Positions 1 to 8,766 of a stretch of DNA of 29,522 bases are shown in pieces (position 1 is the first letter of the stretch; the number at the start of each line of letters is the position of its first letter). Both the position numbers and the translations under genes were made by a program. Source of the DNA: Pseudomonadota bacterium (GTDB lineage Bacteria > Pseudomonadota > Alphaproteobacteria > Dongiales > Dongiaceae); NCBI GenBank assembly GCA_046724215.1, contig JBKOWC010000176.1, positions 1 to 29,522 on the forward strand. The letters run 5' to 3'. The notes beneath the pieces were generated by a model. The model worked only from the letters and a program-made list of their open reading frames with translations. It ran no database searches and had not been told where the DNA came from.

Positions 1-1
1 C

Positions 2-604
2 CCTTACACCGCGGCGGACCGCCTCAGAACCATCCTCGCCGCAACGGAAACGGGCATCCCTGGCTTCCAATTCGGGATCGGCTTCGGAGACAGCGGCTTT
101 CGGAAAGAGTTCCAGGATCCGTGGCCGGATAGCGCCAATCAGGTGTCCCACTTTCTCACAGCAGTCGGGCTGAGCTTTGACCCCGGCACGGTCAGTCAGA
201 CTTTTTTCGGGATACAAGTCCGCGATTGGATCGGTGCGCCCCCGGCGCTGAGCGATGCGGATGTGGCAATCCGGCTTTGCATCGGGCACGAAAAGGCGTC
301 GGATGCGGCAAGCTTAGTTACAGCGCTTATTCGCGTTCGCGCCCAGTATGCGGCGGCCACCGCCGCCGACGTCCAAAATTTTCGGCAAGCGGAAGCGATC
401 CTTGGGTCGGGGACTCCGCTGCAGCTTACGGCAGCGCTTGTCGCGCTCCGATCGATTCAAGTGAACCCGTCGGTCTATGGCAACAGCTACCAGGATCTCC
501 TGCTGACACTGTGCGGTTGGCGTCTCGGCAAGATGATCAAGAATGGCATAATGCAAACCGGCGCAGGCGTCGCCGCTTGGATCCGGCAGAATATCAGCGC
601 GTGA
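2..604 (+). CDS. Hypothetical protein, 5'-partial (frame open from window start)
   Basis: Manual translation shows the 143..604 ORF frame is open back to base 2 (PYTAADRLRTILAATETGIPGFQFGIGFGDSGFRKEFQDPWPDSANQVSHF...). Stop TGA at 602-604. No family recognised. Confidence 0.7.
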   Translation, partial: PYTAADRLRTILAATETGIPGFQFGIGFGDSGFRKEFQDPWPDSANQVSHFLTAVGLSFDPGTVSQTFFGIQVRDWIGAPPALSDADVAIRLCIGHEKASDAASLVTALIRVRAQYAAATAADVQNFRQAEAILGSGTPLQLTAALVALRSIQVNPSVYGNSYQDLLLTLCGWRLGKMIKNGIMQTGAGVAAWIRQNISA

Positions 605-1078
605 GCGCGCGTCCTTGTCATTCCTTGCGAGATCCGCGCGGCAGTCGGCGCGGCCAATCCCAGGTCGTCAGCCGGAACGGTCAGCTCTCGTGCAGCGCCA
701 TGAGCCAACGTCGGCGCCGGCGGCAGATCCCGGTTCGCTATTGGCGGAGTTAGCTCCAACGCTCCAGCGTGCCACAGCTACCTGCAAAGAAAGATCCCAG
801 GCGGCTCTTTCGGCCAGATAGTTTCGACTAAGGGCAGGGATACGCGCCAGCGTTAACCATAAAACGAAAGACATCTTTCTATCAATGGCAAGCAGTGTGT
901 CTGTTAACACTTGAAGGTTCGCAAGCTTTGACTTGATGACATCACACGGGGATCACGATACTATGCGCGACATTCTGATCCGACTGGTCGGGATGCTCCG
1001 CGGCGGGGCATCGACCCGCCGAATCCATCGTCGATAAGAGGCCGCCGAGTTCGTGGCAGTCCGTCAGGGAGAGGAAGA

Positions 1079-1330
1079 ATGAAACGGAAAGTCAGAAGCG
1101 CCTTGCTGCTGGTCGCTTTCGCCCTCGCATTGAGCATCGGCGAGGCTTCGTCGGTCATCGCGCAGGAAGCCGTGCTGTCGGACACTCTACGACACTACAT
1201 CCTCAGCGGCTGGGTCATCGTATCCTTCTCGAGCTCCGGAACCGGCTACGCCTTCCTCCTGCAAAAGGGCCCACGCCTCAAGCTCTGCAACGTCGGCGCG
1301 ACGACGGAGTGCTACACGCTCAACTTCTGA
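1079..1330 (+). CDS. Small predicted exported protein (83 aa)
   Basis: Purine-rich RBS (gggagaggaagaATG). Basic N-terminus plus hydrophobic stretch ending in an AxA-like site (VIA|QEA). Two C-terminal Cys (LKLCNVGATTECYTLNF). Confidence 0.75.
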   Translation: MKRKVRSALLLVAFALALSIGEASSVIAQEAVLSDTLRHYILSGWVIVSFSSSGTGYAFLLQKGPRLKLCNVGATTECYTLNF

Positions 1331-1393
1331 GCTTGCGACGCTGGCGGACCGATCGCCCCAGCGGAGGGTCGGCCACTCCAGGATGACTCTGGC

Positions 1394-2467
1394 CTACCCG
1401 CGTATTGCTCGTCCGGATTCGACGTCGAAGAGATGCACACGCTCAAGCGCCGGGCTTAGCCACAGATCCATGCCCGGGTCCAGGGCCAGACGCTCTGCTG
1501 TGATCGCACAAACCTCGACGCCGCAGAGCTCCGCATAGATATGTATCTCCGGGCCGGTTGGCTCGACGGTGGCGACCTTGACGGCGAGGTCACCGCGGTC
1601 CTTCGCCGGCCGCAAGTGTTCGGGCCGCACACCATAGGCTACCTTCTGACCCGGTCGCACCGCGGAGCCCGGCGGAAGCGGCAATGCGGTCGCGCCGACT
1701 CTCAGTGCGGGTTTGCCGCCCTCCGTTGAAACTTCGCCGCGAAGTATGTTCATGGTGGGCGAGCCGATGAATTCGGCGACGAACAGGTTCGCGGGATGGT
1801 CATAGACCTCGAGCGGACCGCCGACCTGCTCGATATGCCCGTCGCGCAGGATGACGATGACGTCAGCCATGGTCATGGCCTCGAATTGATCATGGGTGAC
1901 GTACACGGTCGTGGTGGAAAGCCGTTGATGCAGCTCCTTGATCTCAGTGCGCATCTGCGAGCGCAGCTTGGCGTCGAGGTTCGAGAGCGGCTCGTCGAAC
2001 AGGAAGACGGCGGGGTCGCGCACGATCGCGCGGCCCATGGCGACCCGCTGGCGCTGCCCGCCCGAGAGCTGGCGCGGCAGGCGCCTGAGATAGGGCGTGA
2101 GATTGAGGATCGAGGCCGCCCACTCGACCTTCTTCGCGATCTCGTCCTTCGGCGCCTTCTTCAGCTGCATGGAAAAGGCCATGTTGTCGAACACCGTCAT
2201 GTGGGCGTAGAGAGCATAGTTCTGGAACACCATGGCGATGTTCCGATCCTTCGGCGGCAGGTCGTTGACGACGCTGCCGCCGATGGTGACCTCACCGGAG
2301 GTGATGGGCTCGAGCCCGGCGATCATGCGCAGCAGGGTTGACTTGCCGCAGCCGGACGGCCCAAGGAGCACGAGGAAGGCGCCGTCATCGATCTCGAGAT
2401 CGAGGCCGTGAATCACCTCGAGATCGCCGTAGTTCTTCCTTATGTTTCTGAGCGTAACGGCAGCCAT
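1394..2467 (-). CDS. CUT1 sugar ABC transporter ATP-binding protein (MalK/UgpC family)
   Basis: Walker [10 protein letters not shown]-loop VFQNY, signature LSGGQRQR, Walker B FLFDEP, D-loop LSNLD, H-loop VTHDQ, C-terminal GVRPEH. ATG at 2467 overlaps the upstream kinase stop. Confidence 0.95.
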   Translation of the reverse strand: MAAVTLRNIRKNYGDLEVIHGLDLEIDDGAFLVLLGPSGCGKSTLLRMIAGLEPITSGEVTIGGSVVNDLPPKDRNIAMVFQNYALYAHMTVFDNMAFSMQLKKAPKDEIAKKVEWAASILNLTPYLRRLPRQLSGGQRQRVAMGRAIVRDPAVFLFDEPLSNLDAKLRSQMRTEIKELHQRLSTTTVYVTHDQFEAMTMADVIVILRDGHIEQVGGPLEVYDHPANLFVAEFIGSPTMNILRGEVSTEGGKPALRVGATALPLPPGSAVRPGQKVAYGVRPEHLRPAKDRGDLAVKVATVEPTGPEIHIYAELCGVEVCAITAERLALDPGMDLWLSPALERVHLFDVESGRAIRG

Positions 2468-3999
2468 CAACCTGCCTCCGTGAATGCGGCCAGTCGCGCG
2501 TTCCAGGCCGACAGGGTCGGCCAGAGATCAGCGTAGATCGCGCGGAGCTCCCCGTAGCGTGCGTGGCGCTTCGGGTCAGGCTCAAAGTCGCGGACCGGGC
2601 GGCCCGCCATCGCTGCTGCGGCCTGCGCGATCGTCCCGTACCAGCCAGCACCCTTCGCGGCGGCAATGGCGGCACCGAGCGCCGAGGCTTCCACAGTCGT
2701 GGAGCGCTGTACCAGCCGGCCGGTGGCGTCAGCGAGGATCTGTGCCCAAAGATCTGAGGCGCCGCCGCCGCCGATGACGACGTAGCGGTCGATGCCCACG
2801 CCTGTCGCCGCGACGACACCGTCGGTGGACAGGGCTTGCTCCAGCGCGATCCCTTCCAGCAGAGCCCGATAAACGTCGCCGCGCTTCGTCGAACCGGACA
2901 GCCCGGCGATGACGCCGCGCGCATTGCAGTCCCAGTAGGGAGTCATGCAGCCTTGCCAATAGGGAACCAAGACCACGCCGCCCGCCCCGATCGGGCTGGC
3001 GGCGGCCTCCGCTTCCAAGGTTGCGAGGATCGTGCGCTGCTGCGCCGGCTCGACCAGCAGCATCTCACGCGCCAGCCAATCGACCAGGAAAGTGCCAGCG
3101 CGCACACAGGTCTCGAAAATGTAGCCGGCATCGGCGATCGCAATCTCGGTGCGAAAGGCGCGGTCGTGAGCATAGTCCGCGCCGAAGCTGCCGGAGACCG
3201 CGGCCGTCCCCAGATTGATATACGCCTGACCGGGAACGCCGGCACCGACTCCCGCGCCGGCACCCGCGCACTGGCCGTCGCCGCCGGCGGCAATCACGGG
3301 TGTACCCGGGACCAACCCGGTTTCCAAAGCCGCCTTGGCGGTCACCTCGCCCATCGACGCACCCGGCGGAACGAGCCGCGGCATCCGCGCCGGGTCGACG
3401 CCAGCGGCATTCAGGACCTCGTCGGACCAGACGCGACGGCGCATGTCGAGCGCCCCCGTGGGATCCGCAGAGGCCGTCGAGGTGACCCAATCTCCCGTCA
3501 GGCGAAAAGAGAGGTAGCCGTGCACCTCGGCGATCCGCTCGGCGCGTGCGAAGATCTCCGGTTCGTTCTCCGACAGCCAGATCATGCGATAGAGGCAGGG
3601 GATGACGTCGAGCGGCTTGCCGGTGATGGCGTGAACACGCTCGGCGCCGAAACTCTCGCCAAATCGCCTTTGCTGTGGCCGCGCTCGCTCGTCGAGCCAA
3701 ACCATGCCCGGCCGCAGCGCCCTGCCGTCTTGCGCAAAGACGCCGAAGGTCTCGCGCTGGTTGGAAACGCCGATCGCCGCGACGCGCGCCGCGTCCAGCT
3801 GTCCGGTCAACTGCCTAAGCGCCTGCGCCGTCGAGTTCCACCAGTCGGCGGGATCCTGTTCGAAATGGCCAGGCAACGGATTCGCCATGGCGATCGGCGC
3901 CCGGCCTTCGCCGACCGCCCGGCCCTCGCTGTCCCAGGCGATTGCCTTGGTGGCGGTTGTCGAGGAATCGATGCCGATGACGAGGTCTGCCATCATCAC
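2467..3999 (-). CDS. FGGY-family carbohydrate kinase (xylulokinase-like, substrate unknown)
   Basis: [12 protein letters not shown] phosphate-1 motif, NQRETF, WLDER, GGGDGQ, RALLEG, IGGG. Start could be 3999 (GTG), 3996 or 3993 (ATG). Confidence 0.9.
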   Translation of the reverse strand: MMMADLVIGIDSSTTATKAIAWDSEGRAVGEGRAPIAMANPLPGHFEQDPADWWNSTAQALRQLTGQLDAARVAAIGVSNQRETFGVFAQDGRALRPGMVWLDERARPQQRRFGESFGAERVHAITGKPLDVIPCLYRMIWLSENEPEIFARAERIAEVHGYLSFRLTGDWVTSTASADPTGALDMRRRVWSDEVLNAAGVDPARMPRLVPPGASMGEVTAKAALETGLVPGTPVIAAGGDGQCAGAGAGVGAGVPGQAYINLGTAAVSGSFGADYAHDRAFRTEIAIADAGYIFETCVRAGTFLVDWLAREMLLVEPAQQRTILATLEAEAAASPIGAGGVVLVPYWQGCMTPYWDCNARGVIAGLSGSTKRGDVYRALLEGIALEQALSTDGVVAATGVGIDRYVVIGGGGASDLWAQILADATGRLVQRSTTVEASALGAAIAAAKGAGWYGTIAQAAAAMAGRPVRDFEPDPKRHARYGELRAIYADLWPTLSAWNARLAAFTEAG

Positions 4000-4009
4000 T
4001 GTTTATCAG

Positions 4010-4041
4010 AAAAACAAACGGAGGCGGCCGGTGCCGCCTCC
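4010..4041 (-). terminator. Intrinsic terminator-like hairpin after the solute-binding protein gene
   Basis: 9-bp stem GGAGGCGGC (4020-4028) / GCCGCCTCC (4033-4041), 4-nt loop, followed on the minus strand by GTTTGTTTTT. Confidence 0.7.
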
Positions 4042-4062
4042 GCGTCTGTTGCTGCCGTTGGC

Positions 4063-5583
4063 TCAGAGCAAGCCGGCTTCCTTGACCTTGGCGTCAACCA
4101 GGCCGGCCACGGTATCCATGCATTTCTTCGCACTGCCGCCGTAGTCCTGACCGGTCAGAAGCTTGCCGAGCTCGGTCGGGATCTCGTTGGTGGAAAGCCC
4201 GGCCCAGACCGGCATGTCCGGTTCGGACGCCATGACGTTGTCGATTGTCCACTTGACGATCTCGAGATGGCGCGTCGTGCCGGCGCCGACCTTCGCCTTC
4301 GCCTTGACGCGCGGGTCGGCAAAAGAGGATTCGCGCATCGGCGCGAAGCCGCCCGCCAGCGTGCACTGGGTCATGATCTCCTTCGAGCAGGCCCACTGCA
4401 TGAAGATCCAGGCCGCTTCCTGATTCTTCGAATAGGCGGATAGGCTCATCACCGAACCGCCCTGGTGTCCGAGATTGGGGAGTTCGCCGAAGCCGGCATC
4501 GGCGGACGCCCGCAATGCCCCCTGCAACGGCTTGGACGGCTCCCACAGGCCGCGGACCTTGGAATCATCGGCGTCGAGGCCGGGAAAGAACTCGTCCCAG
4601 CTCTGCACGAGCGCCACCTGTCCCGAATGCATCATCTCGAATTGGCCGTCCCAGGTGGAGGCAGTCGAGTTCGGCGGCGCGACGGTCAGGAGCTCCTGGT
4701 ACCATTCAAGGCCCTTGATGCCCTGCTCGTCGTTGCCGGCGAACTTCTTGTCCTTGCCGAAGATCGACCCGCCATGACCCCACACCGCCTGCGTCCAGTC
4801 GCATTCCAGCGAATAGTGGCCGGACTTGGCCTGCAAACCGGTGCCGAAGACGCCGTTGCCCTTCTCGGCCGCGGCGATCGCCTTGGCGGCGGCGGCGAAT
4901 TCCGGATAGGTCGTGGGCACCTTGATGCCGTGCTTGTCCAGCAGGTCCTTGCGGTACATCAGGATGAAGATCGGGATGTCGAACGGAATGCCGACCATCT
5001 TGCCGTCGTAGAGCGCGAGGCCCTCGACCAGCGGCTTCGAGAAATCGTCCCAGTCGAAGCCCGGCATCGCCAGGTCGGCCTTGGTCTTGTAGTAGTCGAC
5101 GGGGTCGATGCAGTCCTGCGCGAAGGTCGCCACCCAGGACTGGTCGAGATAGTAGAGGTCGTAGGTGCCGAGCTGACCCTGGACGTCCTGGGTCGCCTTG
5201 GCGAGCACCTGCTCGAGCGGGACGATCTCGACCTCCACCTCGATACCCGTGAGGTCGGTGAATTCCTTCTTGATCTGGTTCAGGACGACGCTCGGCGGCG
5301 TCGCCTCGCTGGTGTAGCGGATCTTGGTGCCCTTGTACTTGCCGCCGACCTCTTTCAGGAACTTGACGACGTCGTCGGGCATGTCCGCGCGCGCCGCATC
5401 GCCGATCAGTCCGGGGCCGCGGAACGGCCGACGGCCGCCGAGCATCGCCAGGGAGAAGGCGGAAAAGCCCACTCCGGCCAGCCCCATCCGGCGCAGGAAC
5501 TCGCGCTTCGAAATACGCCGTTTGGCAAAGTCTCCCGCCGCGTCGACGATGAAAGTCTGTTTATCGTGTTTCTTGAAACTCAT
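4063..5583 (-). CDS. CUT1 ABC transporter solute-binding protein, probable Tat substrate
   Basis: RBS ggaggagcacgATG. N-terminal RRISKREFLRR followed by a hydrophobic stretch. GIPFDIPIFILMYRKDLL and GG..MSLSAYSKNQEAAWIFMQW segments typical of SBP_bac_1/8. Confidence 0.9.
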   Translation of the reverse strand: MSFKKHDKQTFIVDAAGDFAKRRISKREFLRRMGLAGVGFSAFSLAMLGGRRPFRGPGLIGDAARADMPDDVVKFLKEVGGKYKGTKIRYTSEATPPSVVLNQIKKEFTDLTGIEVEVEIVPLEQVLAKATQDVQGQLGTYDLYYLDQSWVATFAQDCIDPVDYYKTKADLAMPGFDWDDFSKPLVEGLALYDGKMVGIPFDIPIFILMYRKDLLDKHGIKVPTTYPEFAAAAKAIAAAEKGNGVFGTGLQAKSGHYSLECDWTQAVWGHGGSIFGKDKKFAGNDEQGIKGLEWYQELLTVAPPNSTASTWDGQFEMMHSGQVALVQSWDEFFPGLDADDSKVRGLWEPSKPLQGALRASADAGFGELPNLGHQGGSVMSLSAYSKNQEAAWIFMQWACSKEIMTQCTLAGGFAPMRESSFADPRVKAKAKVGAGTTRHLEIVKWTIDNVMASEPDMPVWAGLSTNEIPTELGKLLTGQDYGGSAKKCMDTVAGLVDAKVKEAGLL

Positions 5584-5629
5584 CGTGCTCCTCCGTTTGT
5601 TTGTCGCGTTTCAGGCTCGTCCACGCGTC

Positions 5630-6517
5630 CTATTCCTTGAGCGATCCCAGGGTCAGGCCGCGAACCAGTTGCTTTTGCACCAGCAGGATGAAGATGAAGC
5701 TCGGCACTACGGCGGACGTCCCGAGTGCGGAGATGAAACCCCATTCCGACCCGGTCGACGTCACAAAGGTCGAGATCTTGACCGGCAGCGTGCGGATCGA
5801 ATTGGTCAGGAACAGCGAGAGCAGGAATTCGGTCCATGAGAAGATGAAGCAGAGCACTGCCGTCGCAGCCGCCCCGCCGGTCACCAAGGGCAGCACGACT
5901 TTGCGGAAGGTCTGGAACCGGGTCGCGCCGTCGATCATGGCAGCCTCGTCGACTTCGACCGGTACGTCGTCGAAGAAGGATTTCATCAGCAACACCGCGA
6001 CCGGCAGGTTGATGAGCGTATCGACGAAGATCAGGCCGAGACGCGTATCGCGCAGGCCCAGATAGTGGAACATGAAGACCACCGGCACGATGATGGCGAT
6101 CGGCGGCATGAAGCGCTGCGACAGGATCCAGTTCAGGTAGCCTTGCCGCCCGCGGAAGCGGAGCCGCGACAGCGCATAGGCGGAACCGACGCTGATCGCG
6201 ATCGTCAGCGCCGTCGCGCCGACGGCGACGATGATGGAATCGATGATGGTCTGGCGCGAGTCGTAGGAACTGACGCCGCCGACGCCGAAGGTGTCGCCGC
6301 TGTCGATCGCAAGCTCGGCGCGCGACTTGCCGAGCAGGGTCACGGCATAGTTGATCAGTGTCGGCACGAAATCGAAGAACACGACCCTGTCCTTGTCGAA
6401 GATCGCCGAGGTCGGCTTGAACGAGGTGAGCGCCCACCAGAAGAGCGGGAACATGAAGAGCGCCACCACGGCGACCGCGGCGACATCACGTAAGATGCGC
6501 TTCGCCCGCGGCGGCAT
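5630..6517 (-). CDS. CUT1 ABC permease (MalG type)
   Basis: True start MPPRAKRILRD at 6517 overlaps the previous stop (TGATG). EAA motif EVDEAAMIDGATRFQTF, FIFSWTEF. The ORF-track extension to 7462 is an alternative frame of the upstream gene. Confidence 0.92.
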   Translation of the reverse strand: MPPRAKRILRDVAAVAVVALFMFPLFWWALTSFKPTSAIFDKDRVVFFDFVPTLINYAVTLLGKSRAELAIDSGDTFGVGGVSSYDSRQTIIDSIIVAVGATALTIAISVGSAYALSRLRFRGRQGYLNWILSQRFMPPIAIIVPVVFMFHYLGLRDTRLGLIFVDTLINLPVAVLLMKSFFDDVPVEVDEAAMIDGATRFQTFRKVVLPLVTGGAAATAVLCFIFSWTEFLLSLFLTNSIRTLPVKISTFVTSTGSEWGFISALGTSAVVPSFIFILLVQKQLVRGLTLGSLKE

Positions 6518-7431
6518 CAGAACCTCACCTTGAAGATCTTGATGAAGAGACTGGAGGTCACGATCACCAGGATCAGCGTCAGCAGCGCGATCGTCGACGC
6601 GTACGGGAAGTCGGCGTTCTTGAAGTAGATCGTGCCGGCATAGGCGGTGAGCGTCTCGGTCGCGGTGCCGGGCCCGCCCTCGGTCATGACCTTGATGTAG
6701 TCGTAGGTGCGGAACAGGTCGACGCCCCGGATCAGTACGGCGATGGCGATGATCTTCGACAGCATCGGCAGCGTCAGCTTGAAGAACATCTGGACGGCGG
6801 TCGCCCCGTCGATGGCGGCGGCCTCGTAGGGCTCCTTGGGCAACGCCCGCAGGCCGGCCATCATGATCAGCACCATGAAGGGGGTCCATTGCCAGATGTC
6901 GGCAAGCAGGATGCCGAACAAGGCCGAGCTCGCGGTGGCCAGAATCGGGTGGCCGGGCGACCACAGGCCGGCGGCGTAGAGCGTGCGGCTCAGGACGCCA
7001 AAGGAACCGTCCAGCATCAAAAGGAACATCATGCCCGTGACCGCCGGCGGTACCACGAGGGGCAGCGTCATCAGCGCGCGCAGGAGTCCATAGCCCCGAC
7101 GATCCGAATCCAGCAGCAGCGCGATCAAAAGGCCAAGCACCAGTTCGATCACGAGGGCCACGGCCGTGTAGAGGAACGTATGACCGATGGCGCCCCAGAC
7201 CCGCTCGTCGACAAAAACCTTCGTCCAGTTCCAGGCCGGATCGAAGATGCTGAGCCGCGTCGCCGGGTTGCGCTTGTGCAGCGACAGCCACAGGGCATAG
7301 AGCAGCGGGTAGATGCCGAACACGAGCAACACCGCCGTGATCGGGAACAGCCACGGAAACGGATGTTCCGAGCGCAAAAACCGCGGCAGGACGAAGCTGC
7401 GCGGCGCCCCCAATACGGCGGCCTGGCTCAT
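6517..7431 (-). CDS. CUT1 ABC permease (MalF type)
   Basis: DIWQWTPFMVLIMMAGLRALPKEPYEAAAIDGA EAA motif, TEGGPG, multiple hydrophobic helices. Confidence 0.93.
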   Translation of the reverse strand: MSQAAVLGAPRSFVLPRFLRSEHPFPWLFPITAVLLVFGIYPLLYALWLSLHKRNPATRLSIFDPAWNWTKVFVDERVWGAIGHTFLYTAVALVIELVLGLLIALLLDSDRRGYGLLRALMTLPLVVPPAVTGMMFLLMLDGSFGVLSRTLYAAGLWSPGHPILATASSALFGILLADIWQWTPFMVLIMMAGLRALPKEPYEAAAIDGATAVQMFFKLTLPMLSKIIAIAVLIRGVDLFRTYDYIKVMTEGGPGTATETLTAYAGTIYFKNADFPYASTIALLTLILVIVTSSLFIKIFKVRF

Positions 7432-7484
7432 GCTGCCGTCGCCCGTCCAGGTGGGTTGACAATGGCGACCAGCGCCCGGATCAT
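7428..7484 (-). CDS. 18-aa mini-ORF (MIRALVAIVNPPGRATAA) coupled to the permease start
   Basis: GGAGG 9 nt upstream of ATG 7484. TGA at 7430-7428 overlaps the permease ATG (ATGA). The permease ATG has no obvious SD of its own. Confidence 0.45.
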   Translation of the reverse strand: MIRALVAIVNPPGRATAA

Positions 7485-7573
7485 ATCGATCTACCTCCCA
7501 TCATCTCGTTCTCGCACGGGGCTCTGCGGCCCCTTCAAGTCCTTGGTTGCCGCCCGTGCGGCAAATCGACGGC

Positions 7574-8575
7574 TCAGGCCGTAGCGACCAGCGCCTCCGC
7601 CGTCGCCTCGTCGGTAACGAGGATCGTGGCGTAGCCGCCACGCAGCATCGCCTGGATCGCCTGGATCTTTCCCGGTCCGCCGGCGACGCAGATGCGCTCG
7701 GGAATTCGGGCTATCTCGCGAAGCGTCAGGCCGATCATCTGATCATCGAGCGGACCCAGTACCGGCCTGCCGTCGCCGTCGAGGAAGCGCCCGGCCATCA
7801 CGCCCACGGCGCCACCATCCTTGTACGGACGCATCTTCTCGGCCGTCATGTAGCCGCTGCGCAGGGCCATGCTGGCGCTGCCGAGGCCGGCCACACCGAA
7901 GAGGATCTTGGTGCAGGAGCGGATGAGCTTGAACTGCTCGACCAGCGTCGGCTCCTGCATGAACAGCGTCTTGATTTCCGGCCGCGACACGATGCCCGGC
8001 GCATGCAGGTTGACGCAGCGCGCTCCGATCCGATAGGCGATGTTGGACGTGCAAAGCTCGGGGGAAAATTCCGCCGTGCCGATCGCGCTCCCGGCGATCT
8101 GCACCACCGATACGCCCGGAAGCTGTACCTCGGGCAGAGCGGCCGAGAGGGCCAGCACCGTCCGGCCCCAGGATACGCCGAGCACGTCGTTCGGCCGCAG
8201 GATGTCCAGCAGGAGACGGGCCCCTGCCCGACCGATCCGCTCGTAGTCGGGGAGTCGCCCGCCGTCATCGGGAATGACGACGCAGCTCGTCAGGTCGAAG
8301 CGCTCGCGTATGTCGTGGGAGATTCGCACCGACTGGAGAGAATTCGAGGCGACCGCGATAGTCACGATGTTCCGGTCCCGCGCCTCCTGCAGGAAGTTCA
8401 CGACAGAGGGCCGGGAAACACCGAGCCGGTCCGCTACTTCCTCCTGGGTCATGCGCTCCTCGTAGTAGAGCCAAGCAGCCCACGCGATGGGATCGCCGAC
8501 GAACTCGGGCGGCGTGGACAACGCACTCCGCTTGACGCGCGACGGGGCCGATTTCCGATCCTGGCTTCGAACCAT
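7574..8575 (-). CDS. SorC/DeoR(B. subtilis)-family sugar-binding transcriptional regulator
   Basis: AAWLYYEERMTQEEVADRLGVSRPSV HTH, GVSWGRT, VAGGPGKIQAI, LVTDEATA. RBS ggaggctcggagaATG. Confidence 0.93.
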   Translation of the reverse strand: MVRSQDRKSAPSRVKRSALSTPPEFVGDPIAWAAWLYYEERMTQEEVADRLGVSRPSVVNFLQEARDRNIVTIAVASNSLQSVRISHDIRERFDLTSCVVIPDDGGRLPDYERIGRAGARLLLDILRPNDVLGVSWGRTVLALSAALPEVQLPGVSVVQIAGSAIGTAEFSPELCTSNIAYRIGARCVNLHAPGIVSRPEIKTLFMQEPTLVEQFKLIRSCTKILFGVAGLGSASMALRSGYMTAEKMRPYKDGGAVGVMAGRFLDGDGRPVLGPLDDQMIGLTLREIARIPERICVAGGPGKIQAIQAMLRGGYATILVTDEATAEALVATA

Positions 8576-8602
8576 TCTCCGAGCCTCCAGCGCGCGTAAG
8601 AA

Positions 8603-8632
8603 AAAATGTCACTACGTATTGACATTTGTCAA
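8603..8632 (-). promoter_or_regulatory. Candidate sigma70 promoter for the regulator/ABC operon
   Basis: TTGACA (8632-8627), 18-nt spacer, CATTTT. Weak -10. Confidence 0.35.
8604..8632. promoter_or_regulatory. Nested inverted repeats, candidate operator in divergent promoter region
   Basis: AAATGTCA(8604-8611)-N8-TGACATTT(8620-8627) overlapping TTGACA(8619-8624)-TT-TGTCAA(8627-8632). Confidence 0.6.
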
Positions 8633-8647
8633 GAGCGCTGGAAATCT
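8619..8647 (+). promoter_or_regulatory. Candidate sigma70 promoter for the G1PDH-like gene
   Basis: TTGACA, 17-nt spacer, AAATCT (keeps the conserved A and T positions). Confidence 0.45.
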
Positions 8648-8766
8648 CCTGCTCAGGCGTCAGTTCTGTTGCCCGAAGCGCTCCTTGGTAGGTCAAGGCA
8701 GCGCGAGCGATTTTTAGTTCGTCGCAAAGTCCGAGCTCGGTCTTTGTACTGTTGGTGCCTGCACAG

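Noticed and set aside
605-1078. ORFs 615-821, 668-910, 961-1185 and small palindromes (GAAAGA-CA-TCTTTC at 866-879)
   Set aside because: No RBS or recognisable motifs. The palindromes are short enough to arise by chance, and no well-spaced promoter was found.
1339-1363. CGCTGG...CCAGCG hairpin between convergent genes
   Set aside because: 6-bp stem without a U-tract on either strand. Too weak to call a terminator.
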